This document shows, one piece after another, positions 53,479-63,717 of a DNA stretch of 64,000 nucleotides (the first letter of the stretch is position 1; every line of letters begins with the position of its first letter). A program made the position numbers and the translations under genes. This DNA is from Bdellovibrionota bacterium (GTDB lineage Bacteria > Bdellovibrionota > UBA1018 > CAIPTA01 > JAALKR01): positions 768,001 to 832,000 of the forward strand of contig CBDBMJ010000001.1 of the NCBI GenBank assembly GCA_965207455.1, read 5' to 3'. The notes under the pieces were generated by a model. That model had not been told where the DNA came from. It saw only the letters and a program-made list of their open reading frames with translations, and made no database searches.

Positions 53479-55574
53479 CGGTAAAAGGAACTCGTATATT
53501 CACTTAAAGCAGGACTTATGGAAAAACGCTCGCCTAAACCTTCTTCATAAAAACGATTCAAAGATTTTTTTATCTTATCCAAGCCCACTGCATCGGCATA
53601 ACGTAATAGCCCTCCCCGGAAAGGCGGAAACCCCGTGCCCATAATAAGACCCAAATCCACTTCCTGTGGGGTTTTTACAATACCCTCCTGGAGAATAATA
53701 GCCGCTTCATTAATCATAGTACATAACATGCGATCCAGTATATCCTTATCCGATAAAGAAGCATTCTTGCTATTGATGTGCTCATAAATAGTATCATCCA
53801 CACCCACAGCCTTGTTCCCATCCCAACGATAAAAACCCTTCTTATTCTTCCTTCCCAATCGACCACTGGAAGCTAACGTATCTGTTAAAGACGATGCTTT
53901 TGCCCTCTCCCCATAAGCTTCATATAAAACCTTTGCAACCTTAGCTGCTGTATCAATACCCACTTCATCTACTAAACGCAAAGGACCCATGGGCATACCA
54001 AATTTTACCATTATCCGATCCACACGCTCAATGGACACCCCCTGCTCTAAAAGAAAACAAGCTTCATTGAGGTACGGCAATAAAAGACGGTTGACCAAAA
54101 ATCCTGCACAGTTTTTTACCACAATGGGCGTCTTTTGCAGTCGCTTAGATAATTCATAGAGCGTTGCCACCGTCTCGTCGCTCGTCTTCTCTCCAGCAAT
54201 TACCTCCACCAACGGCATCCGATTAACAGGATTGAAAAAATGCAATCCAGCTACTTTTTCTGGTCGCTTTGCCACAGACTGTAACTCTGTAATGGAAAGA
54301 GAACTGGTATTGGAAGCAAAAATGCAATCAGAAGAAATATGCTTTTCCGTCTCCTGCAATACCTTCTTTTTTATATCCATATTCTCCACAATAGCTTCCA
54401 CTACCACACCCGTTGAAGAAAAACCCTTATAGTCCACACCACCACTAATGAAACCCATGGATTGATTAAACTCCCTAGGAGTAATACGCCTTCGCTTCAA
54501 ACCAAAAGAAAAGTTCTTTGCCGACTGCTCATAACCAAGAGAAAGAGCCTCATATGTAATATCCTTCATACGAACAGGTATCTTTACCTTTGCAAAAGCA
54601 TGGGCAATACCTCCACCCATAATACCCGCACCCAATACACCCACTGAAGAAACGGGAGAAGAACCCTTTACAGTATTTTTTCGTACAGACTCTGTAAGTA
54701 GAAAAAGCTCAATCAATCGCTTTGATTCAGGCGTAATCACCAGATCAGCAAAAGCCCTCACCTCCTGCTGCAAACACCACTTCATATTGGAACTTCCGTA
54801 TGTTTTCCCCAATAAATTTAAAATCGCAAGAGGGGCAGGATAACGTCCCTTTGTCTTTTTTTGCACATTCTTGCGGGCCATCCCAAATATTAAAATTCGA
54901 CCAATAAACGTATGCAAAAGAAAAGCTCCTAAACCTTTTCGAGTCTTCTTAGGCGGCTTCCCATGATTTTTTTTCGCCCAAACTAAGGCTCGCTCATTAA
55001 AATCTTCTGCAGGCAGCACCGCTGAAGCTATGTCCACCTTCCATGCTTTCTTCCCGTTAATCTGCTTTCCTGTTAAAATTAAATCCAATGCCGTTGTTAA
55101 ATCTTTCACTACACGTGGGAGTCGAATAGAACCACCAAACCCAGGCAAAATACCTAACTGCACCTCCGGTAAACCTATTTTTACATTTTTACTATCTGAA
55201 ACCACCCGCTTCTTGCACGCAAGGGCCAACTCAAACCCCCCACCTAAACAAATCCCACCAATGGCTGCCACCGTCTCAAAAGGAAGATGGGAAATACGAG
55301 TAATGGTTTGCTGACCACTCGTACATTTTTTTACCGCTTTCTCAAAAGAATCTAAACTCTGAATTAAACTAATGTCCGCACCAGCAACATAAACCGTTTC
55401 CTTAGAACTGGTAATGATTAAACCTTTTACATCTGTACGCTTTTCCAAATCGTCTAATACGGAACCCAACTCTTGTAAAGCCCTCGCAGTAAAAACATTC
55501 GCCTTGGAATCCGGCTGCTGAAAACGTAACTCCAACCAAGAATCCCCCCTATCTATCAACTCAAAGTTTTCCAA
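53475..55574 (-). CDS. fadJ: fatty-acid oxidation complex alpha subunit
   Basis: AGAD, CLGGG, GLPEV, GAGIMG, SNTSSL and HFFNP; likely TTG start at 55574. Confidence 0.9.
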   Translation of the reverse strand: MENFELIDRGDSWLELRFQQPDSKANVFTARALQELGSVLDDLEKRTDVKGLIITSSKETVYVAGADISLIQSLDSFEKAVKKCTSGQQTITRISHLPFETVAAIGGICLGGGFELALACKKRVVSDSKNVKIGLPEVQLGILPGFGGSIRLPRVVKDLTTALDLILTGKQINGKKAWKVDIASAVLPAEDFNERALVWAKKNHGKPPKKTRKGLGAFLLHTFIGRILIFGMARKNVQKKTKGRYPAPLAILNLLGKTYGSSNMKWCLQQEVRAFADLVITPESKRLIELFLLTESVRKNTVKGSSPVSSVGVLGAGIMGGGIAHAFAKVKIPVRMKDITYEALSLGYEQSAKNFSFGLKRRRITPREFNQSMGFISGGVDYKGFSSTGVVVEAIVENMDIKKKVLQETEKHISSDCIFASNTSSLSITELQSVAKRPEKVAGLHFFNPVNRMPLVEVIAGEKTSDETVATLYELSKRLQKTPIVVKNCAGFLVNRLLLPYLNEACFLLEQGVSIERVDRIMVKFGMPMGPLRLVDEVGIDTAAKVAKVLYEAYGERAKASSLTDTLASSGRLGRKNKKGFYRWDGNKAVGVDDTIYEHINSKNASLSDKDILDRMLCTMINEAAIILQEGIVKTPQEVDLGLIMGTGFPPFRGGLLRYADAVGLDKIKKSLNRFYEEGLGERFSISPALSEYTSSFYR

Positions 55575-55576
55575 CG

Positions 55577-56914
55577 CTATACTACCCTTTCCATAATAAT
55601 AGACTGACCCTGACCCCCTCCCACACATAAAGTGGAAAGAGAAAATTGCTTCTGCGTCCGTTCTAATTGCTTCAAAGCCGTAAGAAGAATCCTAGTCCCA
55701 GAGGCTCCCACAGGATGCCCTAAAGCCACAGCCCCACCATATTGATTGAGCTTCCCTGGGTCGATCTCCCCCAAAGCATCGGCCCTGCCTAAACAATCAT
55801 TGGCAAACTTCTTGGAATTCATCGCCTTCATCACAGCAAGCACCTGAACACTAAACGCTTCATTGACCTCAATAACGTCCATCTGATCCAAACTCAATCC
55901 CGTTTGATCCATCACCTTAGCCGTAGCATACACAGGACCCAAACCCATTCGCTGAGGCTCCAATCCAGCCGCCGATATCCCTCGAATCTTTCCAAGAACG
56001 GAATACCCTCGCTCCTTCGCCATGGATAAAGGCATAAGCGCTAAAGCCGCAGCCCCATCCGTAATGGAACAGGAATTGGCCACCGTAACCGTCCCATTCA
56101 CCCGATCAAAATAAGGTCGAAACTTAGCCATCTTCTCCATGACTAAATTTTTCCTAGGACCAATGTCGTCAGTCACAATAGACTTATACTTGGGAGGCAC
56201 CGGAACAGGCACAATCTCATCCCCTAACCAACCAGACTCCTGAGCAACCACACTCTTACGGTGACTCTCCATAGCGAAATGATCCTGATCCTCCCTACTT
56301 ATCTGAAACTCTCTGGCTAAAATTTCTGCCGTCTGACCCATGTTCAAACCACAAAGAGGATCCACCAATGCCTCCTGAACAGCAATAATCGGCTTTAAAA
56401 AAGGCAGACGAAAGGACAAGAGCGCTCGAAGACGACCACTCGCCGTCTTCGCCTTAAACATATTCATAAATAAACCTGTCATTTTTTTATTAAAAAGAAG
56501 GGGAAGGTTACTCATACTCTCAGCCCCACCCACTAACATCACATCAGAATACCCTGTGGCAATCTTTAACCAAGCCTGAGCCACTGACTCCATTCCAGAA
56601 GCACAGTTCCGATTCACCGTATACGCAGGTATGGACTTATGCAAACCCGCACTCAAGGCAATTACCCTCGATACATTGCTAGCATCCACAGGACCACCCA
56701 CATTGCCAATCACCACTTCATCTACTTTTGTTTGACCACTAAAACCGTCGCCCATATGTAAACGTAAAGTAAGCTCCTTTAAAGCAATACGACCCAAGTC
56801 CTGAGCCCGCAACGAAGCTAACTTATCCCCCGCTTTTACAAAGGGAGTACGCACTCCATCCACAATGGCCACTTCTCTTAAATTATCTATTTGATGTATA
56901 TTTTTTTGATTCAT
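55577..56914 (-). CDS. fadI: 3-ketoacyl-CoA thiolase
   Basis: RTPF, NCASG, NEAF, GHPVGASG and CVGGGQG. Confidence 0.9.
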   Translation of the reverse strand: MNQKNIHQIDNLREVAIVDGVRTPFVKAGDKLASLRAQDLGRIALKELTLRLHMGDGFSGQTKVDEVVIGNVGGPVDASNVSRVIALSAGLHKSIPAYTVNRNCASGMESVAQAWLKIATGYSDVMLVGGAESMSNLPLLFNKKMTGLFMNMFKAKTASGRLRALLSFRLPFLKPIIAVQEALVDPLCGLNMGQTAEILAREFQISREDQDHFAMESHRKSVVAQESGWLGDEIVPVPVPPKYKSIVTDDIGPRKNLVMEKMAKFRPYFDRVNGTVTVANSCSITDGAAALALMPLSMAKERGYSVLGKIRGISAAGLEPQRMGLGPVYATAKVMDQTGLSLDQMDVIEVNEAFSVQVLAVMKAMNSKKFANDCLGRADALGEIDPGKLNQYGGAVALGHPVGASGTRILLTALKQLERTQKQFSLSTLCVGGGQGQSIIMERVV

Positions 56915-57027
56915 TCTGCCCCTTCCGCTGGGTCAAAAATACAACAAAAAAAAGGAAATGAGTAGTAAATTCAGGCTGCTCAATGTGTTATTTTGAACTT
57001 TTATGCCTTAACAACATTTAAAAAATT

Positions 57028-58137
57028 CTAAAATGCGAAAAAAGCTCCACCAGAAACTACATAGAAATCTTCGTCGTAAATAGATCTGCCTACCCTGCTC
57101 TTATCCCTTGACGACGAACCATAATAGGAACGATCGTTATTGTTAGAACTCAAAGCCGTATTATAGGTTAAATCTACCCCAAATCCCACACCTTCAGAAA
57201 ACTTTAGGTCGAAACCAGCTCTCATAAAAGCTGTCCAAGAAGTCACCTGATAGTCTGCGTCACTATTGCTGTTGCCACGATACGAATCGTAACCGTCATC
57301 CTTATAATTTAAATACCCTCGAACATGGCCCACACCACCTCCCACATAAGGACGAAGATTGGACTCTGTATGGAAAAGTCGGATTTGCGTGCCTAAACTA
57401 AATATATTTTGATTATATTCCATCTCGTCCCTTGCACTCAAACTATTTCTAGTGCTCACTCTATAATTACCATACGAATTGGAAACAGGAACATCGTAAC
57501 GAGCGTATGTATAACCAAAAGTAAATAATAAACGATCGTTAAACTCATAATTTAACCCCAAATTCCAAGCCATACGACCTTCTATGTCGTAATAGTCGCT
57601 GGATATGTTGGGAACTCCTACACCAAAATACATAGACACTAACTTCTTCTTAACTAACAGTTTCTCTGGCTCCATCACTTCTGCATAATTCACAGGATAT
57701 ACTTCCTGAGGTAATTCAGGAGAAACTGCCTCACTCTCAGACATGGCACTCTCTATACGATTGAGAATTTTTGCCTCTGTCTTCAAACGCTCCTGATTTA
57801 ATTTATTATCAATGCGCTCCTGAAGCTTTTCACCCAAACTCTTCTCCTTAGGTATCACAGATAGAACAGGTGCATTGTTACTCTGAAACACAGAATTTTG
57901 AGCAGGCGCTGCCTGTACATAAATAACTTGAGGAGGTGGTGGCTGACGGTATCGCCTTGACCTATAATCGCGGTTTTCTGTGCGAATCAACGGCTCTTCT
58001 ACCACCATATTATTGTTCTCTCCCTCCACGCTATTGAACGTTTGAGTGGATTTTAGCTCTGATACCCCATACATGGGAAAAGCAAATAGACAGAAAATAG
58101 CTATTATTCCAATATTCCTCTTTTTCTTTATCATCAT
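57028..58137 (-). CDS. outer-membrane beta-barrel protein
   Basis: Signal peptide, RPYVGGGVG, amphipathic strands and terminal Phe. Confidence 0.8.
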   Translation of the reverse strand: MMIKKKRNIGIIAIFCLFAFPMYGVSELKSTQTFNSVEGENNNMVVEEPLIRTENRDYRSRRYRQPPPPQVIYVQAAPAQNSVFQSNNAPVLSVIPKEKSLGEKLQERIDNKLNQERLKTEAKILNRIESAMSESEAVSPELPQEVYPVNYAEVMEPEKLLVKKKLVSMYFGVGVPNISSDYYDIEGRMAWNLGLNYEFNDRLLFTFGYTYARYDVPVSNSYGNYRVSTRNSLSARDEMEYNQNIFSLGTQIRLFHTESNLRPYVGGGVGHVRGYLNYKDDGYDSYRGNSNSDADYQVTSWTAFMRAGFDLKFSEGVGFGVDLTYNTALSSNNNDRSYYGSSSRDKSRVGRSIYDEDFYVVSGGAFFAF

Positions 58138-58231
58138 TTTCTCCTTCTTTCTGTTTAATATTTCTCAAACACACTTATACCGCATTTAGTCATTTTTGTC
58201 AAGTTTATATTGACTATATTTTGATAAAAAC

Positions 58232-58371
58232 TGTAAGGTATTGAAAATAAAAGATTTTTTTCTTTATTTTTCTAATGCGACACATCCAAACAGCCGATAT
58301 GGGCCAAAAAAGTGTAAGCTATTGAAAATAAAAGATTTTTTCTAATGCGACACCCCCGAACAGCCGATATG
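58232..58371 (+). promoter_or_regulatory. tandem-duplicated promoter block (IHF-like site plus sigma28-like promoter)
   Basis: tgtaagNtattgaaaataaaagattttt and TAAT-N16-GCCGATAT each occur twice. Confidence 0.5.
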
Positions 58372-58395
58372 CATACAAACAAGGAGAGGAAAAAC

Positions 58396-58836
58396 ATGAA
58401 ACCCTACCCTATTGCCATGAGCAATGCAGCGCTTCATACCCCGGAGTCGGAAAAGATAAGCCGTCAAAAGTCGCCAGGATCCTCTAATGCTGCCAGTTCC
58501 CAAAACCCCCTTAAGATAGGAAAAGCAAGCAAAGCGGACAATGACCTGGAAACAGCTCAGTCTCCCCTCTACGAAAAAATACACAAGCCTGAAGAGGAAA
58601 AAAAAGAGGAGCAAGCCACGGAACCCGTCAAAGCCCCATACACTAACAAAAAGAAATTTCAGGTATGGGACAAGCAAGTCCTCAATAAAACCCTTCTTCG
58701 CCTCTTGGCCAGAATCGAAGCCAAGGCCTCCTACCTCAAAACACAGACTTTGCAGAAAATGCAACAAAAGCACAAGGGCGTTATTCTGGATATAAAGAAC
58801 ACAGACTCCGACAAAGAGCGCAAAACCACAAAGTAG
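58396..58836 (+). CDS. hypothetical protein
   Basis: AAGGAGAGG RBS before ATG 58396; charged, low-complexity sequence. Confidence 0.6.
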   Translation: MKPYPIAMSNAALHTPESEKISRQKSPGSSNAASSQNPLKIGKASKADNDLETAQSPLYEKIHKPEEEKKEEQATEPVKAPYTNKKKFQVWDKQVLNKTLLRLLARIEAKASYLKTQTLQKMQQKHKGVILDIKNTDSDKERKTTK

Positions 58837-58880
58837 TTTTGGGTCTAGCAAAAACGCTTATTTTCCGATACAAAAAAACC

Positions 58881-60500
58881 ATGAACGCAATTTTCCAAAC
58901 CCCGAAACCCATCAACGAACCCATCTACCCTTATGCTCCAGGAGAAAAAAGAGAAATGCTCAAAAAAGCTCTGGGAGATATTCGCAAGGAATCTATCCAT
59001 ATTCCTCTTATTATTAACGGCCAAGAAGTTTTCACCTCATCTTCTGTGAGCCTACAGGAACCCCATGCTTTGTCTCTAAAACTAGCCGACTGTAGTCAAG
59101 CCGACGAAGAACATGCCCAATCAGCCATAACCGCTGCCCTAAAGGCAAAACCAGCTTGGGAGAGAATGCCCTGGGAAGAGCGCGCCGCTATTTTTTTAAA
59201 AACCGCAGACCTAATCGCCCATAAATACCGGAACCAACTCAACGGAGCCACCATGTTGGGACAAAGTAAAACAGTCCATCAGGCAGAGATAGATTCAGCC
59301 TGCGAGCTCATCGATTTTCTTCGCTTCAATGTAACTTATATGGAGCAAATCTATCGAGAACAGCCGGGGGAGAACTCCCCAGGAATTTGGAACCGACTAG
59401 AGCACCGTCCCTTGGAAGGCTTTGTCTTTGCCATCACTCCTTTCAATTTCACAGCCATTGCGGCAAATCTTCCAGCAGCACCTGCCCTAATGGGTAATAC
59501 GGTTGTGTGGAAGCCTAGCTCAACAGCCACCCTCTCGGGCTATTATTTTATGAAAATTTTAAAAGAAGCAGGTCTTCCCGACGGAGTGATTAATTTCCTT
59601 CCTGGCCCCAGTGGAAAAATTGCTCCTCCTCTCTTAAAAAATCCCCACCTATCGGGAGTGCATTTTACGGGAAGCACCGCTGTTTTCCAATCCATTTGGA
59701 AAACCATTGGAACGAATATTGAGTCCTACCAAAGCTACCCAAGAGTGGTGGGAGAAACGGGAGGCAAGGATTTTGTATTTGCCCATCCCAGCGCCGACTA
59801 CCAACAACTGGCCACTGCCCTAGTACGAGGAGCTTTTGAATACCAAGGACAAAAGTGCAGTGCCGCTTCCCGTGCCTATATTCCAAAATCCCTATGGAAA
59901 AAAACCCAGGAATATATGGAAGCACAGATATCGAGTATAAAAGTTGGAGACGTTACAGATCTATCGAACTTTATGGGTGCTCTTATCGATGAAAAATCTT
60001 TCACAAAAGTTTCTGGCTATATACAACGGGCAAAGGAATCTCAAGATTGCTCCGTTTATGGCGGCGAGTATTCAAAAAAAGAAGGCTACTTTGTACACCC
60101 CACGGTAATAGAAGCCCGTAACCCCCATTATGAAAGTATGGTGGAAGAAATTTTTGGACCTGTTCTCACCGTATATACCTACGAAGATAAAGATTATTCC
60201 TCCACATTAGATCTTTGCAATAGCTCCTCCTCCTACGCCCTTACCGGCTCCATTTTTTCCCAAGACAGGCAAGCTATCTGTGAGGCAAATGAAAAATTAC
60301 TCCATGCTGCTGGAAATTTCTATATCAACGACAAACCAACAGGTGCCGTTGTGGGACAACAGCCCTTTGGCGGAGGCAGAGCTTCTGGAACAAACGACAA
60401 AGCAGGCAGCCTCTTGAACCTATTGCGATGGGTATCTCCAAGAACCATAAAGGAAACTTTTGTGGCTCCCACAGACTATACCTATCCATTTATGAGATAG
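58881..60500 (+). CDS. pruA: 1-pyrroline-5-carboxylate dehydrogenase
   Basis: QAEIDSACE, PFNF, FTGS, GETGGK, YQGQKCSA, EEIFGP and NDKPTGAVVGQQPFGG. Confidence 0.95.
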   Translation: MNAIFQTPKPINEPIYPYAPGEKREMLKKALGDIRKESIHIPLIINGQEVFTSSSVSLQEPHALSLKLADCSQADEEHAQSAITAALKAKPAWERMPWEERAAIFLKTADLIAHKYRNQLNGATMLGQSKTVHQAEIDSACELIDFLRFNVTYMEQIYREQPGENSPGIWNRLEHRPLEGFVFAITPFNFTAIAANLPAAPALMGNTVVWKPSSTATLSGYYFMKILKEAGLPDGVINFLPGPSGKIAPPLLKNPHLSGVHFTGSTAVFQSIWKTIGTNIESYQSYPRVVGETGGKDFVFAHPSADYQQLATALVRGAFEYQGQKCSAASRAYIPKSLWKKTQEYMEAQISSIKVGDVTDLSNFMGALIDEKSFTKVSGYIQRAKESQDCSVYGGEYSKKEGYFVHPTVIEARNPHYESMVEEIFGPVLTVYTYEDKDYSSTLDLCNSSSSYALTGSIFSQDRQAICEANEKLLHAAGNFYINDKPTGAVVGQQPFGGGRASGTNDKAGSLLNLLRWVSPRTIKETFVAPTDYTYPFMR

Positions 60501-60538
60501 AACTATCTAAGATAGAACTATCTAAGATAGAACTATCT
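60495..60538. repeat. 15-bp palindromic unit x3 (agatagaactatcta) at a convergent gene junction
   Basis: Three copies (last 14 nt), each agatag-aa-ctatct. Confidence 0.95.
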
Positions 60539-61780
60539 TCCTTTAAGCCAGTCCATACGCTCTTTAATTCTTTTTTCATAGCCACGATCCGTGGGAATAT
60601 AATAAACACTACCTTCCAACTCTTTCGGCAAATGATGGTGTTCCACCCGTCCATCCACTTCATTATGGGCATAGACATAGCCCTTTCCATACCCTAAATC
60701 TTTCATCATCTTTGTGGGTGCGTTTCTCAAGTGAAAGGGAATATTTCCCTTCAACTCCACATCTATTTTTGCTTTTTTATAGGCCATATAGGAAGCGTTA
60801 CTCTTAGGAGCTGTGGCTAAGTAGATGGCCACTTGAGATAGGGGTATCCAACCCTCTGGAGCACCCACTCGGTGAAAGGCCTCAGCTCCAGAGACTGCCA
60901 CTTGTAAGGCTCGTGGGTCTGCATTTCCCACATCCTCAGAAGCAAAAATAATCATTCTTCGAGCTAAAAACTGAGGATCTTCTCCTGCCTCATACATACG
61001 AGCTAAATAGTAAATAGATGCATCGGGATCTGATCCACGCATACTTTTAATAAAAGCAGAGATACAGTCGTAGTGTTGATCTCCTTTCCTGTCGTAATAA
61101 ATGGTCTTTTTACTAAATATTTCATTTAAACTATCCACAGTTATATTGGTATTTATTTCAGCGACTATCTCTAAAGCACCCAGACCCCTACGGGCATCAC
61201 CACTTGCTATGCTCACCAGTACGTCCCATGCTCCCTCTTCAATAGTACATCGGTATGAGCCTAGGCCGTGCTCTTTATCAATCCAAGCTCGTCGTAGAAT
61301 AGACTTTATGGCACTATCGCTCAAAGCATTGAGCACAAATAATTTACAACGACTCATCAATGGATTAATTAACGTGAAAGAAGGATTCTCCGTTGTGGCT
61401 CCAATGAGTATAATTGTGCCATCCTCCACATAAGGAAGAAGGGCATCTTGCTGAGCTTTATTCCATCGATGGATTTCATCGATAAAAATAACGGTTTGCT
61501 CCTCGTTGGCCTGTGCTTGATCCACTAATTTCCGTAATTCATTTACTCCAGAAAGCACTGCGGATAACTGGGGCTTATCCCCTGCCAATAGACGGGCAAT
61601 TGTGGTTTTTCCACAGCCCGGCGGTCCCCAAAGAATCAAACTCGGCAAAGATTTAGAAAGTTGGCTCAACGGTTTATTGGGACCAATTAAATGTGGCTGC
61701 CCCTGGACTTCCTCTAAAACACGGGGACGCATGCGTTCCGCTAGTGGTGTTTTTTTCTGACCTTGAAATAAATTCGCCAT
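60533..61780 (-). CDS. rarA: replication-associated recombination protein A
   Basis: PLAERMRP, GPPGCGKT, DEIHR, GATTENP, SAFIKSMRGSD and EDVGNADP. Confidence 0.95.
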   Translation of the reverse strand: MANLFQGQKKTPLAERMRPRVLEEVQGQPHLIGPNKPLSQLSKSLPSLILWGPPGCGKTTIARLLAGDKPQLSAVLSGVNELRKLVDQAQANEEQTVIFIDEIHRWNKAQQDALLPYVEDGTIILIGATTENPSFTLINPLMSRCKLFVLNALSDSAIKSILRRAWIDKEHGLGSYRCTIEEGAWDVLVSIASGDARRGLGALEIVAEINTNITVDSLNEIFSKKTIYYDRKGDQHYDCISAFIKSMRGSDPDASIYYLARMYEAGEDPQFLARRMIIFASEDVGNADPRALQVAVSGAEAFHRVGAPEGWIPLSQVAIYLATAPKSNASYMAYKKAKIDVELKGNIPFHLRNAPTKMMKDLGYGKGYVYAHNEVDGRVEHHHLPKELEGSVYYIPTDRGYEKRIKERMDWLKGR

Positions 61781-61793
61781 ACCCTGTATCTAC

Positions 61794-62741
61794 TTATTTA
61801 TCCATAAGGTGGCAAGCTACTTTTTGCTCTCCGTAGAGTTTTAACTGGGGAGCCACTTGGGCACATTTCTCTTGGGCCTGTGGGCATCTTTTATGAAAAG
61901 AACAGCCCTTAGGCGGGTGGAGTGGTGAGGGCAGCTCTCCCCTCAAGGGAGGAGCTTTCCTGGGTATACTGGGGCTACTTGCCAATAGCGCTTTTGTATA
62001 GGGATGGAGTGGATCGTTAAAAATTTGTTCGCGGCTACCCATTTCCACCACTTTCCCTAGATACATTACCAATACTTCATCGGCAAGATGATGCACAATA
62101 GATAAATCGTGACTAATGAAAATATAGCTAAGCTGATAGGTATTTTGAAGTTCTATAAATAGATTCATCACCTGGGCTTGCACAGATACATCTAGGGCAG
62201 AGACAGGTTCATCACAAATTAAAATTTCTGGACGCAGCATAAGAGCACGAGCAATGCTAATTCTCTGTCGTTGACCTCCACTAAACATAGACGGGTATCG
62301 TTCCATATATTCCGAACGTAAGCCCACTGTTTCCATCATGCGTTCCACATGTTTTTTCGCTTCCTTCATTTCCATAATTTTATTGACAATTAGAGGTTCT
62401 GCAATAATTTGATATGTTTTTTTTCTAGGATTTAGGGAGCTATAGGGGTCTTGGAAAATCATTTGAATTTTCCTTCTTCGTTTTTCTGCGGAAATCATAC
62501 TCTCATTTTCACCATCTATTTTTATTTCTCCAAAAGAAGGTGTTTCTATACCCATTAAAAGTTTTGCTAACGTGCTTTTGCCACAACCACTTTCTCCCAC
62601 TATTCCCAGCGTTTTCCCTTTGGATAAAGAAAAAGAAACTCCGTCCAATGCTTTTAATTGTGTTCGATGAAAGTAATTATTCATTATGGGATAGTATTTT
62701 CCCAAATTATTTGCTTCCAGTATGGGAGTGGTTTCATGCAT
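61794..62741 (-). CDS. dppF: peptide ABC transporter ATPase (DppF/OppF)
   Basis: GESGCGKS, FSGGQRQR, DEPVSALD, HPYT and Cys tail. Confidence 0.88.
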   Translation of the reverse strand: MHETTPILEANNLGKYYPIMNNYFHRTQLKALDGVSFSLSKGKTLGIVGESGCGKSTLAKLLMGIETPSFGEIKIDGENESMISAEKRRRKIQMIFQDPYSSLNPRKKTYQIIAEPLIVNKIMEMKEAKKHVERMMETVGLRSEYMERYPSMFSGGQRQRISIARALMLRPEILICDEPVSALDVSVQAQVMNLFIELQNTYQLSYIFISHDLSIVHHLADEVLVMYLGKVVEMGSREQIFNDPLHPYTKALLASSPSIPRKAPPLRGELPSPLHPPKGCSFHKRCPQAQEKCAQVAPQLKLYGEQKVACHLMDK

Positions 62742-63717
62742 TGTTTGTTTTCTCCATCCATGGCTTAAAGCACCGAAATATTCTGTCTTTTTCATGGGTA
62801 TTACCAGGAGTTGCTTGCTTACATTTTGTATCCACCCACTTGCACCGAGGGTGGAATTGACAACCACTGGGCCGGTGGATCAAGTCAGGCACAATGCCAG
62901 GAATACTGGGCAAAGGCTCTCGAAAGCCATAATTAATATTTGGAATGGAAGCAATTAAGGCATTTGTATAAGGATGGGCAGGATTTTCCAAAAGCTCACT
63001 ACATTTTCCCTGTTCTATTATTTGTCCAGCATACATAATGATTAAATTTTCAACCGTTTCTCTTACTACATCCATATCATGGGTAATAAAAATAAGAGAC
63101 ATTCCTTTCTTTCTTTGCAGTTCCTTTAATAAGTCTAAAATTTGTGCCTGTATGGTTGCATCTAGCGCAGTAGTGGGCTCATCGGCTATTAGTAATTTAG
63201 GCTCACAGGCCAATGCTATGGCAATCATTACTCTTTGTATCATTCCTCCTGATAATTCATGGGGATAGGATTTCTTGCGCAGGTTAGGATCGGGAATTCC
63301 CACTTGATCCAATAGATCGATTACACAGGCGTCCAGTTCTTTACGAGAGGATTGGGGTTTATGCTTTTTTAGAACTTCTAAAATTTGAAATTCCACTGTA
63401 TAGCATGGGTTGAGGCTGGACTCTTGAAAAATCATAGTAATTTCTTTTCCTCGAATATGGGTCCATGATTTTTCTTTCATTTTCAATAAGTCTGTATTTT
63501 GAAAGGAGAGTTTGCTAGCAGAAATGGTAACATTGGGAGGGTGGAGACCCATAAGAGCTAGGCTCAATACGCTTTTTCCAGAACCGGACTCTCCCACAAT
63601 ACCTAGAGTTTCTCTCTCTTTTATGGAGAAACTCACATTGTCCACAGCTTTTAAAATACCTCGCCCTGTATTGAACTCCACGGTGAGGTCTTTCACTTCT
63701 AATATTGTTTTCTCCAT
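62734..63717 (-). CDS. dppD: peptide ABC transporter ATPase (DppD/OppD)
   Basis: GESGSGKS, LSGGM, DEPTTALD and HPYT. Confidence 0.88.
   Translation of the reverse strand: MEKTILEVKDLTVEFNTGRGILKAVDNVSFSIKERETLGIVGESGSGKSVLSLALMGLHPPNVTISASKLSFQNTDLLKMKEKSWTHIRGKEITMIFQESSLNPCYTVEFQILEVLKKHKPQSSRKELDACVIDLLDQVGIPDPNLRKKSYPHELSGGMIQRVMIAIALACEPKLLIADEPTTALDATIQAQILDLLKELQRKKGMSLIFITHDMDVVRETVENLIIMYAGQIIEQGKCSELLENPAHPYTNALIASIPNINYGFREPLPSIPGIVPDLIHRPSGCQFHPRCKWVDTKCKQATPGNTHEKDRIFRCFKPWMEKTNNA

Noticed and set aside
58342..58851. 169-aa minus-strand hydrophobic ORF
   Set aside because: Mirror of the + strand gene, which has the RBS and promoter.
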